Source: Chiloscyllium plagiosum (Eukaryota). Taken from it: a stretch of 64,000 nt of DNA. Each line of letters starts with the position of its first letter. Position 1 is the stretch's first letter. Location: NCBI RefSeq assembly GCF_004010195.1, contig NC_057755.1, positions 3,681,462 to 3,745,461 of the forward strand, read 5' to 3'. Under the pieces are notes generated by a model that ran no database searches, was not told where the DNA came from, and saw only the letters and a program-made list of their open reading frames with translations. Shown here piece after piece: positions 38,086 to 50,826 of the stretch. The translations under genes and the position numbers were made by a program.

Positions 38086-39303
38086 GTATGTTGGTGCGGT
38101 TACAATTAAACATGTTTTCATCAAACTGGTTCGTATGTCCCACCGGAGTAAACTGCTGAAGAGACAAAGGTGTGCACAATCACCGTTAAACGCATATGTC
38201 CCGTTAATCACATTTACCAGGTAGAGGATACGCAGTTTGCCCGCTGTTTAAAGCAATGCTTCACTGACTGGCTATCTCATAAACCTCTCAGGGAACACTA
38301 TGTGTCAACGACCATACTAATATTGAATATACTTCAGATGGAATTTGTGCAAACAATCAGAATGAACCGTTCCAGCTGATGTCATTGCATCAGAAACGTG
38401 GAAACACAATAGGGTTAAACCAGGATTGCGAGAGCTTGCATAATATTGAAAATGTCTGTGAGCCTATCTCTGAACATTTATTTCTGTGTGTGTGTATGTA
38501 GGTGTGTGTGAGAGGGACAACAGCTCTGCCTTCAATGGGACACAATATAAATAAATTCAAATGTAATGAATGAAAGTCTCCAATTCTGTCTCTCTGCCTG
38601 TTTCTCTTGTCTTTAAAGTGATACAATGTCAGTCTCATGGATCACAAAGTGACAGGGTCATACAAATGTACAGCGTGGCAACAGGCCCTTCGGTCCAACT
38701 CGTCAATGCTGACCAGATATCCTTAACTAATCAAATCCCATTTGCCACCACTTGACCCATATCCCTCTAAACCCTTCCTATTCATATACCCATACAGGTG
38801 TCTTTTAAATGCGGCAATTGTACCAGCCTTCACCACTTCCTATGGCATACACACACCACTCTCTTCGTGCACCTTAGATACCTTTTAAATTTCTCCCCCT
38901 CACTTTCAACCTATACACTCTAATTCTGGACTCACCCACTCCGGGAAAAAGACCTTGTCCATTTACCTATCCATGCCCCTCTACAAGGTCAACCCTTAAC
39001 CTCTGACATTCCAGGAAAAACAGTATCAGCTGATTCAACTTCTCCCTATAGCTCAGACCCTCCAAGCCTGGCATCATCCTTGTAAATGTTTTCTGATCCT
39101 TGTCAAGTTTCACACCATCCTTCAAGGCGGAGAGAGACCAGCATTGCACACAATATCCCAAAAGTGTCATAACAGCAGGTTATAGTCCAACAGGTTTATT
39201 TGGAAGCACTAGCTTTCAAGGTGCTGCTCCTTCATCAGGTGATTGTGGAATATAAGATCGTAAAACACAGAGATTAATGCCTTACAACCTTATGATCTTA
39301 TGC

Positions 39304-39610
39304 TAGATTACATTACAGTGTGGAAACAGGCCATTCAGCCCAACAAGTCCACACCGACCCGCCGAAGCGCAACCCACCCATACCCCTACATTTACCCCTT
39401 ACCGAACACTACGGGCAATTTAGCATGGCCAATTCACCTGACCTGCGCATCTTTGGACTGTGGGAGGAAACCGGAGCACCCGGAGGAAACCCACGCAGAC
39501 ACGGGGAGATCGTGCAAACTCCACACAGTCAGTCGCCTGAAGCGGGAATTGAACCCGGGTCTCCGGCGCTGTGAGGCAGCAGTGCTAACCACTGTGCCAC
39601 CGTGCCGCCC
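39304..39610 (-). mobile_element. HE1-type tRNA SINE, young full-length copy
   Basis: gggcggcacggtggcacagtggttagc (A box), ggttcaattcc (B box), CR1-like tail gtttccacactgtaatgtaatcta; CpG-rich. Confidence 0.95.
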
Positions 39611-39662
39611 ACTCGATGCTCTGACTAATAAAGGAAAACGTATCAAATGATGCGTGATCATT

Positions 39663-39765
39663 AGGCGGCATGGTGGCACACTGGTTAGCACTGCTGGCTC
39701 ACAGCGCCAGTACTTGTTGGGCTGAAGGGCCTGTTTCCACAATGTAAAGTAATCTAATCTAATCT
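39663..39765 (+). mobile_element. Internally deleted HE1-type SINE
   Basis: 5' head joined directly to the 3' tail, ending in (aatct)n. Confidence 0.85.
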
Positions 39766-39929
39766 TCACTATCCTATCTATCTCCGACTCCACTTTCAAG
39801 GAACTATGAACCTCCAGGGTATCTTTGTTTAGCAACACTCTCCAGTACCTTACCATTGCATCATGCAATTTTATGGATCGATCCTCCATCTCATTGATCA
39901 GCCAATCATCCGGGGCATGGATCTAAACT

Positions 39930-40160
39930 AATTTCAACTTGTTTGGATCAATGTCGATGGTTATGTTGTATGTGGAATCGAATGTTATTTATCTGCATGA
40001 CATTTTGCGGGAATTGGATTTCATGCTGAAGCTACTCAGTTGCTGTACAAACACCAAAGTTCATGTTGTGACTCAGACTAAATTCATACAGCAGCTGAAT
40101 AATGAGTTCAAATATTCATTTATCCAAATTAATCAATCAAGTATTAAAATTAATCAATCA
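39930..40160 (+). pseudogene. GPR139-like GPCR TM6-TM7/helix 8 fragment (unit 5)
   Basis: ILRELDFMLKLLSCCTNTKVHVVTQTKFIQQLNNEFKYSF matches the LSCCTN.FIYVVTQ..FR.Q.K..KYP pattern of the neighbours. Confidence 0.8.
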
Positions 40161-40684
40161 ATCCAGAATTTTCTCATTGCCATTCAGCTTTGTATCCATG
40201 AAGCAGCTTGTTGCTCTGGTAACATACCAAGGGTAGTGCTGGCATCTCCATCCTAACGGCACATTGTATATTTCAATGTTTCTCTCCATGCAAGGGATAC
40301 AGAGAAGATCTCAGAGAAACGTGGACGAGGGGCAACAAGAAAATGCATCCTTTTGAAGACAGTATTCTAATTATTTTTTCATAAAAATACATTGTAAATA
40401 ATTAAAAACAAAATGTTCATTAAAACACGCCAAGCAGCAGAGCTAAATAATTGTTTAGTACCTTTGTTAAAGAGGCCAGAGGTTCAGCCACAGGTTCCTG
40501 TAGTATCCCAGCGGGGAGAGAAACAGACTGGAATAACAAAACAGAAATTGATGGAAAAGCTCAGCAGGTCTGGCAGCATCTCGGGAGAGAATTCAGAGAT
40601 AACATTTCAGATTAGAAGTGAACACTTCTGCTGAATGTCACTTCATTTACAAAATTTCACACTTTCTGAAACGTTCTTCCCAGA

Positions 40685-41130
40685 GATACAGAGATAGGAA
40701 TGGTGTAGGGTCTGGATGAGGTTTTTCCCAGCACCACACCCCTTCCTTTCACTGCAATCTCTTGCAGCTCCGAAACACCTCCCTATTTCTGGAAACCTCT
40801 ACAGACCCTAAAACGCTCCATATCTCTAAAACCTCATCCAAACCCTACGGCATTCCCTATCTCTGTAACCTCAACCAGTCCCTACACCAATCCATATCTC
40901 TGTAAGCCCCTCCAGCCCTACACCCCTCCCTAACTCTGTAATCTCCTCCAGCGCCTACAACTCATCTTATCTCTGTATCATCCTACAGCCAATACACCCC
41001 TCCTTATGTCTGTAACCTTCTACAACCCTGCATTCCTCCCTACCTCTGTAACCTCCTACAGCCACTACTTCCCTCCCTATCTCTGTAATCTCCTCCAGAC
41101 CCTACACCCCTCTCAACCTCTGCAACCTCC
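40685..41130 (+). repeat. Degenerate minisatellite (~36-38 nt, tccctatctctgtaacctcctccagccctaca-like)
   Basis: About 9 imperfect units, plus one inverted unit at 40685-40730. Confidence 0.8.
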
Positions 41131-42885
41131 GCTGGTTTTTGTTGAACTCAGAGGTGTGGGATTAAACAGGCCACTGAGAGGAAGGGCCCATCGCAGAGAG
41201 GACATTTCCCACTGAATCTGGGCTGGATCGGAATTTCTGTGAACCTATGAATTTCTGAATTCAATCCAGGTCCGTTTACTGAAACAAGCTATTTTAAAAC
41301 TGAGAGTAACCTTCCATACGCGAGTAAATGATGAAAAACCAGACAGAGTTCATTTAGAGTCTGACAGTAACCGTGTATCTTGCAGATATTGTCGGTGATA
41401 TGACAGAATAACTCGCTTTGTTAACTGTGCTATCATTTTCTTTCATTCTCATTGCCTTCTGAATATAGTACTGACGATCTTGTCATTCACACTCCCATTT
41501 TTTGCTTCTTCTCTTCTCACATTTCCCAGTCTTTGCACACTTTTAATCATTATTGTCACACTGTCATCTAAGTCTCTCTGCCCTCTCCCCCATCACAGAT
41601 TTTCCCTTCTGTTCTTTGTTCCACATTCCACCTGAGATGCAAGGAGCAATGCAGGCAGTTCTTTCTCACACACAGTCGGTACATTATCATTCACTGAGAT
41701 GCAGAGACACAAAAGGATCATCAATCCTCAGACAGAGAGGATCAAACAGAGAGAGTCTTTGGTCCCACCCCGATCCCACGTTCCACTGTGATTTTTGTTT
41801 TATTTAAACTCAAAAACCGGCATGTAAAGCAATTCCAGCCTCCAAATCGCATCGACTATAAGATCGAAATGTACTGTGTTAATATCTCAATAATAACCCA
41901 TAGCAACCAACTGAATAGTACGTTACGGAAAGCCGTGTACTCCAGATGCTGTGAACATAAAGCAAAACAGAGATTTCTGGAAAAACTCAGTCATTTTCTC
42001 TAATGTTAGATCATCGAAATGAATTACTCATTATTTTTCTCTCCACAGGTGCTACGCGTCCAGCCGAATTTTTTGACACTTTCTTTTATACGTCCTGTTG
42101 ATTTGTCCCATGTTCAAAAAATGCAAGTTATTTAATTAAAATAGATATTCGCGCAAATTTCAAGGTATTTGTCATTGATGTACGACTTATAAAACGACTA
42201 GTACGTTATAATATTAAAAATCCAATTACAGAACTATTATGGAGATGAATATTAAATATATTAACATAATCCATCAGCCATACAATGAATAACAGAGATC
42301 TGAGTGCAAAGTGAATCTCCCTCTCATGTATAATATCAAAGACTGGGAAATAAACTCTACAAATAACACTCAGAGACTGAATGAACCCCAAAATCAGCAA
42401 CAAAACGTTTAACTTGTGGCACAGGCTTATCCTTTCAAATAACGTCTTTTTAAAACTGACAGAACTACAGTAAGTGCTCCCCCACTAATACCTCCGTCAC
42501 TTATCCTGCCTTATTCCCAAGAGAAGGTTGAGCTTTGCCTTTTGTCTTGAAGGGCCATCTATGTATTGATGAAGAAAGTTTTTGAATACATTTTCAAATC
42601 CCTCCTATGTAGTCCCAAGCTATGTTCCTAAAGTTGTTACAACGCCATGTTTCCGAAGACTATCTGTGATTTCCCTATGTATTTACTCTTCAATTTCCCG
42701 CTGACTATTGGGGTGGGGTTTGGGGGCTCTATAGTTCAATCTTATCAATGTACTCATAACCTTTTTTCACCGTTCACCCATGCAGAATCCATGGACGATC
42801 ACACAGGAATATTCTCTCGAACTACTGCCATGATGTTTGGCCGAACCAAACCATGACATATGGTCGGGGCGTGCTGGGACAGGTC

Positions 42886-43232
42886 GGAGTGACACGGTGG
42901 CTCAGTGGTTTGCACTATTGACTCACAGCGCCGGCGACCCGGTTCAATTCCCACCTCGGGTGACTGTCTGTGTGGAGTTTGCATATTCTTCCCGTGTGTA
43001 TGTCCGGGTGCTCCAGTTTCTTCCCATAATCCAAAGCTGTGCAGGTCAGATGAATTGGCCATGTTAAATTTCCCATAGTCTTCAGGGATGTGTAGGTTTG
43101 GTACATTAGTTAGCGGTAAATATAGGATAACATGGTTGGGGAATGGGTCTGGTTGGGTACTATTCGGAGGGTCAGTGTGGACTTCTTGAGCCGAAGGGCT
43201 TGCTTCCTCACTGTAGGGGTTCAGTGAATCTA
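42886..43232 (+). mobile_element. HE1-type SINE
   Basis: A box tggctcagtgg, B box ggttcaattcc, CR1-like tail gccgaagggcttgcttcctcactgtagg. Confidence 0.92.
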
Positions 43233-43429
43233 TGAAAAAAAACCACCTCTCCCGTTGTCTCTTGCCTGCCCTTCAAATTTCCCTGTGAACAGATCATCGG
43301 GGTCGACTTTGGAGTACTTCATCAAACTAAAGTGATGAAGTGTCACTGAACTTGAAATATTAACTCCGCTTTCTCTCAGAGGATGTTGCCAGACATGTTG
43401 AGTTTCTCTAGAAAGTCGACTTGTGCTCT

Positions 43430-44760
43430 ACCAACTTCCATGGTAAGTCATACACCAAGTTACTTCTTCATTCCCTTTCTCGTTCTGTGACTGTCATGTG
43501 AGGAAATTCCTGATATTGGCCCATTTTATTGGTTTCAATGACATCACTGTCCTATATGTAGTTGTCCCCAGATGTGATCTCCCCGTTCCTCTCTTCAAGG
43601 TTGGAGCTGAAGAATCACCGGTAGCTGTCTGGGGTTATTTCCAAATGACATTCCTTAACTGTTACAGAAACCATTCTTCAACACAGTGTTTATATTCTGA
43701 CCCACCTCCCGTTCATTAAGTTCTTTGGTCAAGGGATAATTTCTACTTCTATCCCAATTGATGAATTGCTACCCTGGACAAATCTTTCACATTGATCTTC
43801 ACCACAACAGCTTTATTTTCATCACAATAAATCACAAACACGGTTACATGATTCAAAATTATTAGAGTGATAAAATAACAAATACTGCATTGGATTATGA
43901 AGATTTGTGCTTCGTTAATTACCATGCAAATATGCATTGGCTTGCATTTATCATCATTACTTCTTCATCAGTCCTTTAATCTTCATAGTTAGCTTTTAGC
44001 TCTAAATCTACTGATAAAAAAACCTTTTTTGTCGATCTTACCCACTAATTATTTCCCTACGCTCGCTTGGCCTTTCTGATTTTCAATTTTAGCTTTCACT
44101 GCATCTGTGTAGATTCTTAACGAGGCTTGCTTTTGTTTTAGGTTGTTTTGCTATGATCGGAAATTCAATTTTCCTGTTTCACCTCACCATGTATGCTTAA
44201 GGATAACTATGGGGATCTAGACCTGCAGTATAACCACTCCTGTAGTTGGATCGTGTCTGCACTGTTTTCCTTCAATTTCACTTTTGAAATTCTCACAATG
44301 ATTCATCATTACGGTTTCTTCAAATATATGCTTCCAGGTCTACTTCCTCAGATCATCCCTCAGATTCATAGGATTTGTCGACATCTAACGTCAAAAGTTT
44401 GCCATTGTTGTCTTTGTCTTGTTCGATATTTGTGCTCAATGTAAGTATATTAACATGTCACGAGCTCAAAAAAAGAGTTTCTCTGGCAATTCATCTCAAA
44501 GACCAGCTTCATTGCAGAAGATTAAATCCAGAATTTTTCTCTCGCTCACTAGGCTCTTGTGCACTAAAGAATTCAGTGAAATATAGTTCAAGAATTTTGC
44601 GCTCGAAGTGTCTTTTGTTCTGTTCACATCCCAATTGATGTTTGAGAGATGAAATTCCAACATCACCTGCTATATTGTTTTAACATTCAGAAATGTACTG
44701 CATACTGGTCTTCTGTTTTCATCAGAGAGTTTGTCAGTCCACAGTAAACTACTAGCAGTG
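43430..44760 (-). mobile_element. Old CR1 ORF2 (EN region) remnant, also 42480-42870
   Basis: Decayed similarity to the CR1 at 11100-11700 (e.g. ctatgatcg...atttcc, aaattccaacatcacctgc). Confidence 0.45.
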
Positions 44761-47703
44761 GCGCTGCCAACCTTTCTAAAGTTCCCAGCTGAACATTTAT
44801 CGCCCTTTTTATTGGTTCATTTAGTGTATCAGTGCGTTCCATGTTAACCAGAGTGAAAGAGGAAATCCACAGTTGAGGATAAAGGAGCTTATGTTAGATA
44901 GACAGGGATGGGAGGGGATACCATCAGAACAGGTGGATATGGAGTAACAGGGATAATGGAGTGGAATTCTTGCAGGAAGCTGGATGTGAGGAAGTGTATC
45001 CGAGATAACCTTGGAAGTCAGGGCTTTGTCACAAATATTGGTTGACAACTTTTCTCCAAAAAGAAAGCATCGAGGTCAAGGAAGGGAAAGTCCAAAACAG
45101 GTGAGGAGGTCACGTGAGAATGATAGAAATTTGAGGCAAATTAGTGTTTTTCTTTCCAATTCCGGCAAAAACAGAGTCAGAAATAACCAGTTCACCGATG
45201 AATTGGAGAAAGTGAAGCAGTGAAGACCTTAAGAGTGCTGGAATAAGGGCCAGTCTACATTCACTAAACGGAGACATTTGACAACTGACACGCCCCTTCT
45301 CGCCCCGCCACCTCCTGCCCACACTACATTCCTGCACCACTCTCCGTGCAGATATCCAGAACCAAACCTTTCACTTAGAGAAAGTGAGATTAAGTTAAAG
45401 AAAACAAATTGCAAATGCACACAATCTGGCGAAGGTGGATTGCGATGGATGGTGACTGTTCAGGTCTATATTTGAGGAGGAAGCACAGAACCTTTAAAAC
45501 CATCCTGATGGGAGATACATATGGCAGAGTTATTGCACGTCCATGGTGAAGAGGAGGCAGGAAGGACAAAGGAAACAGCTAGCAACTTTACAACTAGCTA
45601 AGCCTCAGAAGAACCGTGCATGTAAGTTTTGCCTCCAATTGCTTTGTATTTCAATAAATCACAGTGCTCACATAAAATCATTTCCCCCTCCACCTCAAGC
45701 CTTCACTTCCTGCTATGACACTTGCTGTGTCACTGCATTTTTAAAAAAGCTAATCTCAGTGCATTTTCCTTGATCATTAATGTACGTTATATCTTTAAAG
45801 AAATTTAGCAGAATAAATAAACATCATTGACTCTGCCAAATTAACTTGAACTAATCATTGTGTCCTCCTATGTCTCGTTGAATAAAACCTTACAACAATT
45901 TCCTTGCGAAATATTAACCTAACTGGCCTATGCTTCATGTCTCCTGTATCCATTTTGTAATGCAGGACTTCCTCCTGCTACCTTCTAATACACTCAGGCT
46001 GGACAATGAATCACCAGGAAGAGCAACAGTTTGAAGAATTGGATAGTGAAGCTCTTTCACTGGCTGGATATTGGTATCCCATTTTCCATCAGAGTGGATG
46101 GATTTGTTGAATGCTAAAAGATTATATGAACAAGGCAATGGAAATGAATCTATACTTGTGAGACATCCAAAATGGTGCTTCATAATGGCAACTTTGTGTC
46201 CTCATGTATTCCTATACTTGGGTGCATATGACAATAAAACCTAATTAATATCTAATTTTAACATCAAACATTTAGGGAGTCAATTAGGTTTACTAAACGC
46301 TCACATTAATTACAGTCATTTCGCCATAGCACTCATGGATGGCTTGTTTTATGCACATCACGTTGAAAGCAATAAATCACAATGACACTAGATAACGCAA
46401 TAAGACAATATTTACATCTGGAATTTCAAGTTTTGAAGTACTAGCAGCGAGTTTATCTCAACCGGACAGGTGGTTGGAACTCTTCTCAGACTGATGGTTC
46501 TGAGATTGTTCTTAATCCAGGTCTCATTTCCCATCTCCTTCAGATCAGTATTTTTGATATCATGCCCTTACATTAATAGTATTCAAATATTGTAGGTTTG
46601 AATGTGAAACTACTCATTGTCGAAGTTACTGTATTCTCCTGACATTTGCGTTACCCAACAGTTGCAGGAGAGATGACAATACTCTTCTGATACAATTACA
46701 GCTTCAGTGGTAGTTGCAGAACACAATCTCGTTGCAATGACGGTAACAAATTTGCTGCACTTTTGACATAATCATTATGTTTTATAACGCTAAAACTGAC
46801 CAATTTGGGATCACAAGGGGTGCATGCATGTCTGGGACACAAGGAATGACCAAATATCAGACGATCATTCAGGTTTTTAAGACGTTATGTCTGTTTTTAA
46901 CAGCAGGGATTTCATAAACTTCTACATGGACTAACCACTTCCTGCTAGTGGTCTGAAAATGCTTCACTGTTCAGTAACGTTGCAAAGAATATTGAGCGAG
47001 TGCTTCTGTCTGCTCAATGAATTTCATGATGGTTAAAATATGATTTAACGGTCATCCACCAATTTGCTGAATTCCTTTGTAGCAATGGTGATGCCCCTTC
47101 ACAGCCAAGAACACACAGTGCTAACCATTCAAAAGTGCCTGCCAATAGTTTACATACCAAGCAATGTTGTTTTCACAGTTTTCTGAATTTTCTGGCAGCC
47201 GTAATCTTGTCAAAATGTTTTGTTCAGACGTGTTTCATAGATTAATTCAGGGCTCTTGGAGTTTGATGCCTGGACCAGAAATGCAGTTCACATGATGTAG
47301 AAACAATGGTTCGGTGGTATGTTTGTGTGTTGGGGGAGGGAGAGGGATTTTTCAGGACTTTGACAGAGACATACAAGAGACTCGCCCTAGTTCCACAGAG
47401 CTATTCTCACATGGAGAGAGAGAGAGAGAGAGAGTTGTTGACACGTTCAACCCAAGGATCACCTCACCTGTCTAAATCTTAGACCAGCCGTCCTGTAAGC
47501 TGTACTAACTGAGCACCTGCTGGATGGTTAGTTTCTGATGTAGAATGACACCAACAGAGAAGGTTCATTTCCAACGTTGGCTGAGATCACTATGAAGATT
47601 CCAACTTGTCAAGCAGGCCCCACTCCTGAGGTATGACGACCTTCAGGTTAAAATCATGACCAGTTGTGTCTTCATAATGAGCAAGCAGCCCTGTATTCCA
47701 CTG

Positions 47704-47735
<32 letters not shown>

Positions 47736-48159
47736 CCAAGTCAGGATTGTGAGTGGCTTGGAAAATAACATGATGTGGTGTTCTCTTGCATTTACTACCT
47801 TTGTCTTTAGTATCTAGGATTTGTAAGATGCTGTCCACGCAGCATTGGTAAATTTCTGGAGCACATGCCGTTTATAATGCAAAACCTGCAACCGAATAGC
47901 GGTTGTGGATGGACTGCATGTCTTTTTGATCTGGTGAAATCAACCTGGCGACTTTGTCATAAAATAAAAAATGCTGGAGAAAGTCACCAAGACTGGAGCA
48001 ATTGTGATTAGAGAAAGAGAGTTAATGTTTATAGTTCTACTTGACTCCTCTTCGTGCTCCTCGGATGCTGCCTGACCTGCTGTGCTTTGGAAGCACTACA
48101 CTTTCGATTCTGGTCTCCAGCATCTGCAGTCCTCCCTTTCACCTTGTCTGTAATGTGCC

Positions 48160-48900
48160 TAGCAAATTCACTCTCTCTCTCTGTGGGAGTTCAAAGCCTG
48201 TTATTGGTCAGATGTATTTTGTAACAACCTTCCTGTTAGTGACACCTGATGTTCCCCATTCTTTGATCTGAATGATCTTGTTCAGCCAACTTGCTCCAAA
48301 TGGTACAATGTGGTACAGACACAATGTTGAGCAGGTCATTATGGCGTGGTAAGTGAGTGTCAGCACAGATAGCTTCGAATATCCTATGTATTTTCATAGT
48401 CAGTAGATGTGTAGGGATTTGGTATTTGTGAGAACAGATCCCTGGGAGGGGTGCCGAGCACAGAATTCCAATTATGATGTGTATTGTTGAATTATTTGTT
48501 TGTCAAAAAGATGAGTGCGTTGTGTCATTTGTAAAATGATTCACAGTGCTTTGGTACAGAGTCTAATTGGACTGAGATCTGGAGTGTTGAGGCAGTAGCT
48601 CTCCCACAGAGGATCAACCAACTTTATAAAACAGTATGTTTCCCACCTTTCCCTTTGTTGCTATGATCTTTTTGATGTTCCCCGAAAGTTTATGTGAAGG
48701 TCCACCCACTGATGCTCATTGGGATTATCAATTAGTTGTTGACTATCAAGTTAGATTTTTTTGTGTGCTTGGTATTGACATTTTGGAGATGAATCCATTG
48801 GATATATTTTCAGATAAATTCTCTGTGAGGCGATGGAGTTACACCATAGATGCAGTGCTCCGACATATTTGTGAAATATTTGATATTGTACATGGTCCAG
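48160..48900 (-). mobile_element. Vingi/ingi-like retrotransposon RT remnant (intron 1 homologue of unit 6)
   Basis: Colinear with 63476-64000 over ~500 nt, and extends further toward the RT core. Confidence 0.55.
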
Positions 48901-49944
48901 ACGGTTCAGAACGGTGGAGATTGGATGGTACAACAGGACTTTTCACAATGGACTGAAGTTGGTTTGGAGTGACAGATGCATGACTCAGGATTTTTGATAT
49001 CGTTGTGTTGCTCTGAAATTTCAATCAGGATCAAGCACATCTGGCCACACAGAGTGAATCAGCCCTGCTGCTCTGCCCTCCATTTGACCTGATGTTCAGC
49101 AATGAGGGACTTGCTGAATTGGAAACTATATCAGTGTCGCCAGTTGATTCATTGTCCATCAGCAACACACTGCTGAAAGAATATGAATCTGTCATCCCAG
49201 AGAGAGCAGGATGTTCTCTGCCTCATGATGTGACGCTTCGTTGCACAGATTGTCATGTGCGATTTCTGTCCAAACAATAGTTGAGATTTCCACTGCAGAG
49301 ACAGTTTTATAAACCAAATAAATTCCTACAGTTACAACGTGACTTGTTACACTTATATTGATGTAATTCAATATCTTACTGGTCAATTAGAGTCAATCTG
49401 CCCATTAGGACTGTTGCCACATCTTCCTTGCACTCTGGATGACCGGGAAGCAGGGGTGAGTGGGAGTGTCTGCTCACCTGTGTTCACTTTGTCGGAAGTT
49501 GTTCATGACTAGACCCTGTGCTTGTTGAGAATGGCCACACAGGGGTAGCTCAGTATGTGCAGCTCGTTATGCTCAGCTGAAACGCTTCATGTAGTTCAAA
49601 TTGTTGTATCAGAGTGAGGTGGTTTACTGGAGGTCGCACTTCGGTACTCAGGAAGTTCCGACAGTTTTGTGACGATTGAGGGATAGAAAGTAAGTTGGGT
49701 GTGGGAGTGAGATAGTATTGCTGGCTAGGAGATAAATGGCACAATGTGTTTTACATCAGGGGAGTAACGCAGTGGGTCAAACTCTTTGATGCAATGACAA
49801 CTTGTGTCTTCAAATTTTAAAAATGGTCCACTTGAGAGAAAATGCTGTTGTTGGAGAGTTGAGAGACAAGGTACCTAATGAATTTGATTTGGTAGCTGAT
49901 AAGAGTTTGTAAGATTTAAAGAAGATGCAACAAGATCTGGACAA

Positions 49945-50240
49945 TGTCATAGGTTCTTAGAATCCTTGCAGAACAGAGAGAAGGTATTCAGCCGATTGCA
50001 TCTGCACTCATTCTCTGAAGAGCATCTCACCCTTACTCCCCACCCTATTACCATAACCCTGTAGATACCAAGGCTACTCCACATAGCCTGTACAAATTTG
50101 GACCATGAGAAGAAATCGGAGCGTCTGCTGAATGCCCACGCAGACATGGGGAGAACATGCAAAGTGCACATTCCCTAAAGCTGGAATCAGATATGGATCC
50201 CTGGCACTGTGAGGCATGAATGTTAAACACTGTGCCACAA
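49945..50240 (-). mobile_element. HE1-type SINE, degenerate
   Basis: cccacgcagacatggggagaacatgcaaa...ctggcactgtgaggc...cactgtgccac. Confidence 0.8.
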
Positions 50241-50326
50241 GAGGTGCTGGATATGGCAAGTAATGTTCATGTCACACAAATGCCACGCAATTACCATCGA
50301 CTAGAAGAGAAAATCTAACGTCCACT

Positions 50327-50826
50327 NNNNNNNNNNNNNNNNNNNNNNNNNNNNNNNNNNNNNNNNNNNNNNNNNNNNNNNNNNNNNNNNNNNNNNNNNN
50401 NNNNNNNNNNNNNNNNNNNNNNNNNNNNNNNNNNNNNNNNNNNNNNNNNNNNNNNNNNNNNNNNNNNNNNNNNNNNNNNNNNNNNNNNNNNNNNNNNNNN
50501 NNNNNNNNNNNNNNNNNNNNNNNNNNNNNNNNNNNNNNNNNNNNNNNNNNNNNNNNNNNNNNNNNNNNNNNNNNNNNNNNNNNNNNNNNNNNNNNNNNNN
50601 NNNNNNNNNNNNNNNNNNNNNNNNNNNNNNNNNNNNNNNNNNNNNNNNNNNNNNNNNNNNNNNNNNNNNNNNNNNNNNNNNNNNNNNNNNNNNNNNNNNN
50701 NNNNNNNNNNNNNNNNNNNNNNNNNNNNNNNNNNNNNNNNNNNNNNNNNNNNNNNNNNNNNNNNNNNNNNNNNNNNNNNNNNNNNNNNNNNNNNNNNNNN
50801 NNNNNNNNNNNNNNNNNNNNNNNNNN
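50327..50826. other. Assembly gap (500 N)
   Basis: N run; the round length suggests a placeholder size. Confidence 0.99.

Larger units (their letters stand above)
38660..39860 (-). mobile_element. CR1 3' fragment interrupted by a Penelope pLTR (39170-39297) and two SINEs
   Basis: YCVQCWS...FTRMMPGLEGLSYREKL; CR1 sequence resumes at 39611-39650 and 39765-39860. Decayed hammerhead at 39207-39241 (-). Confidence 0.85.

Noticed and set aside
39540..39610. tRNA gene (A and B boxes), also 42886-42960
   Set aside because: These are tRNA-derived SINE heads continuing into SINE body and CR1-like tail.
43435..43450. ccatggtaagtc as the missing exon 1 donor for unit 6
   Set aside because: The upstream sequence is repeat-derived and does not encode the TM1-like peptide or share the conserved flanks.
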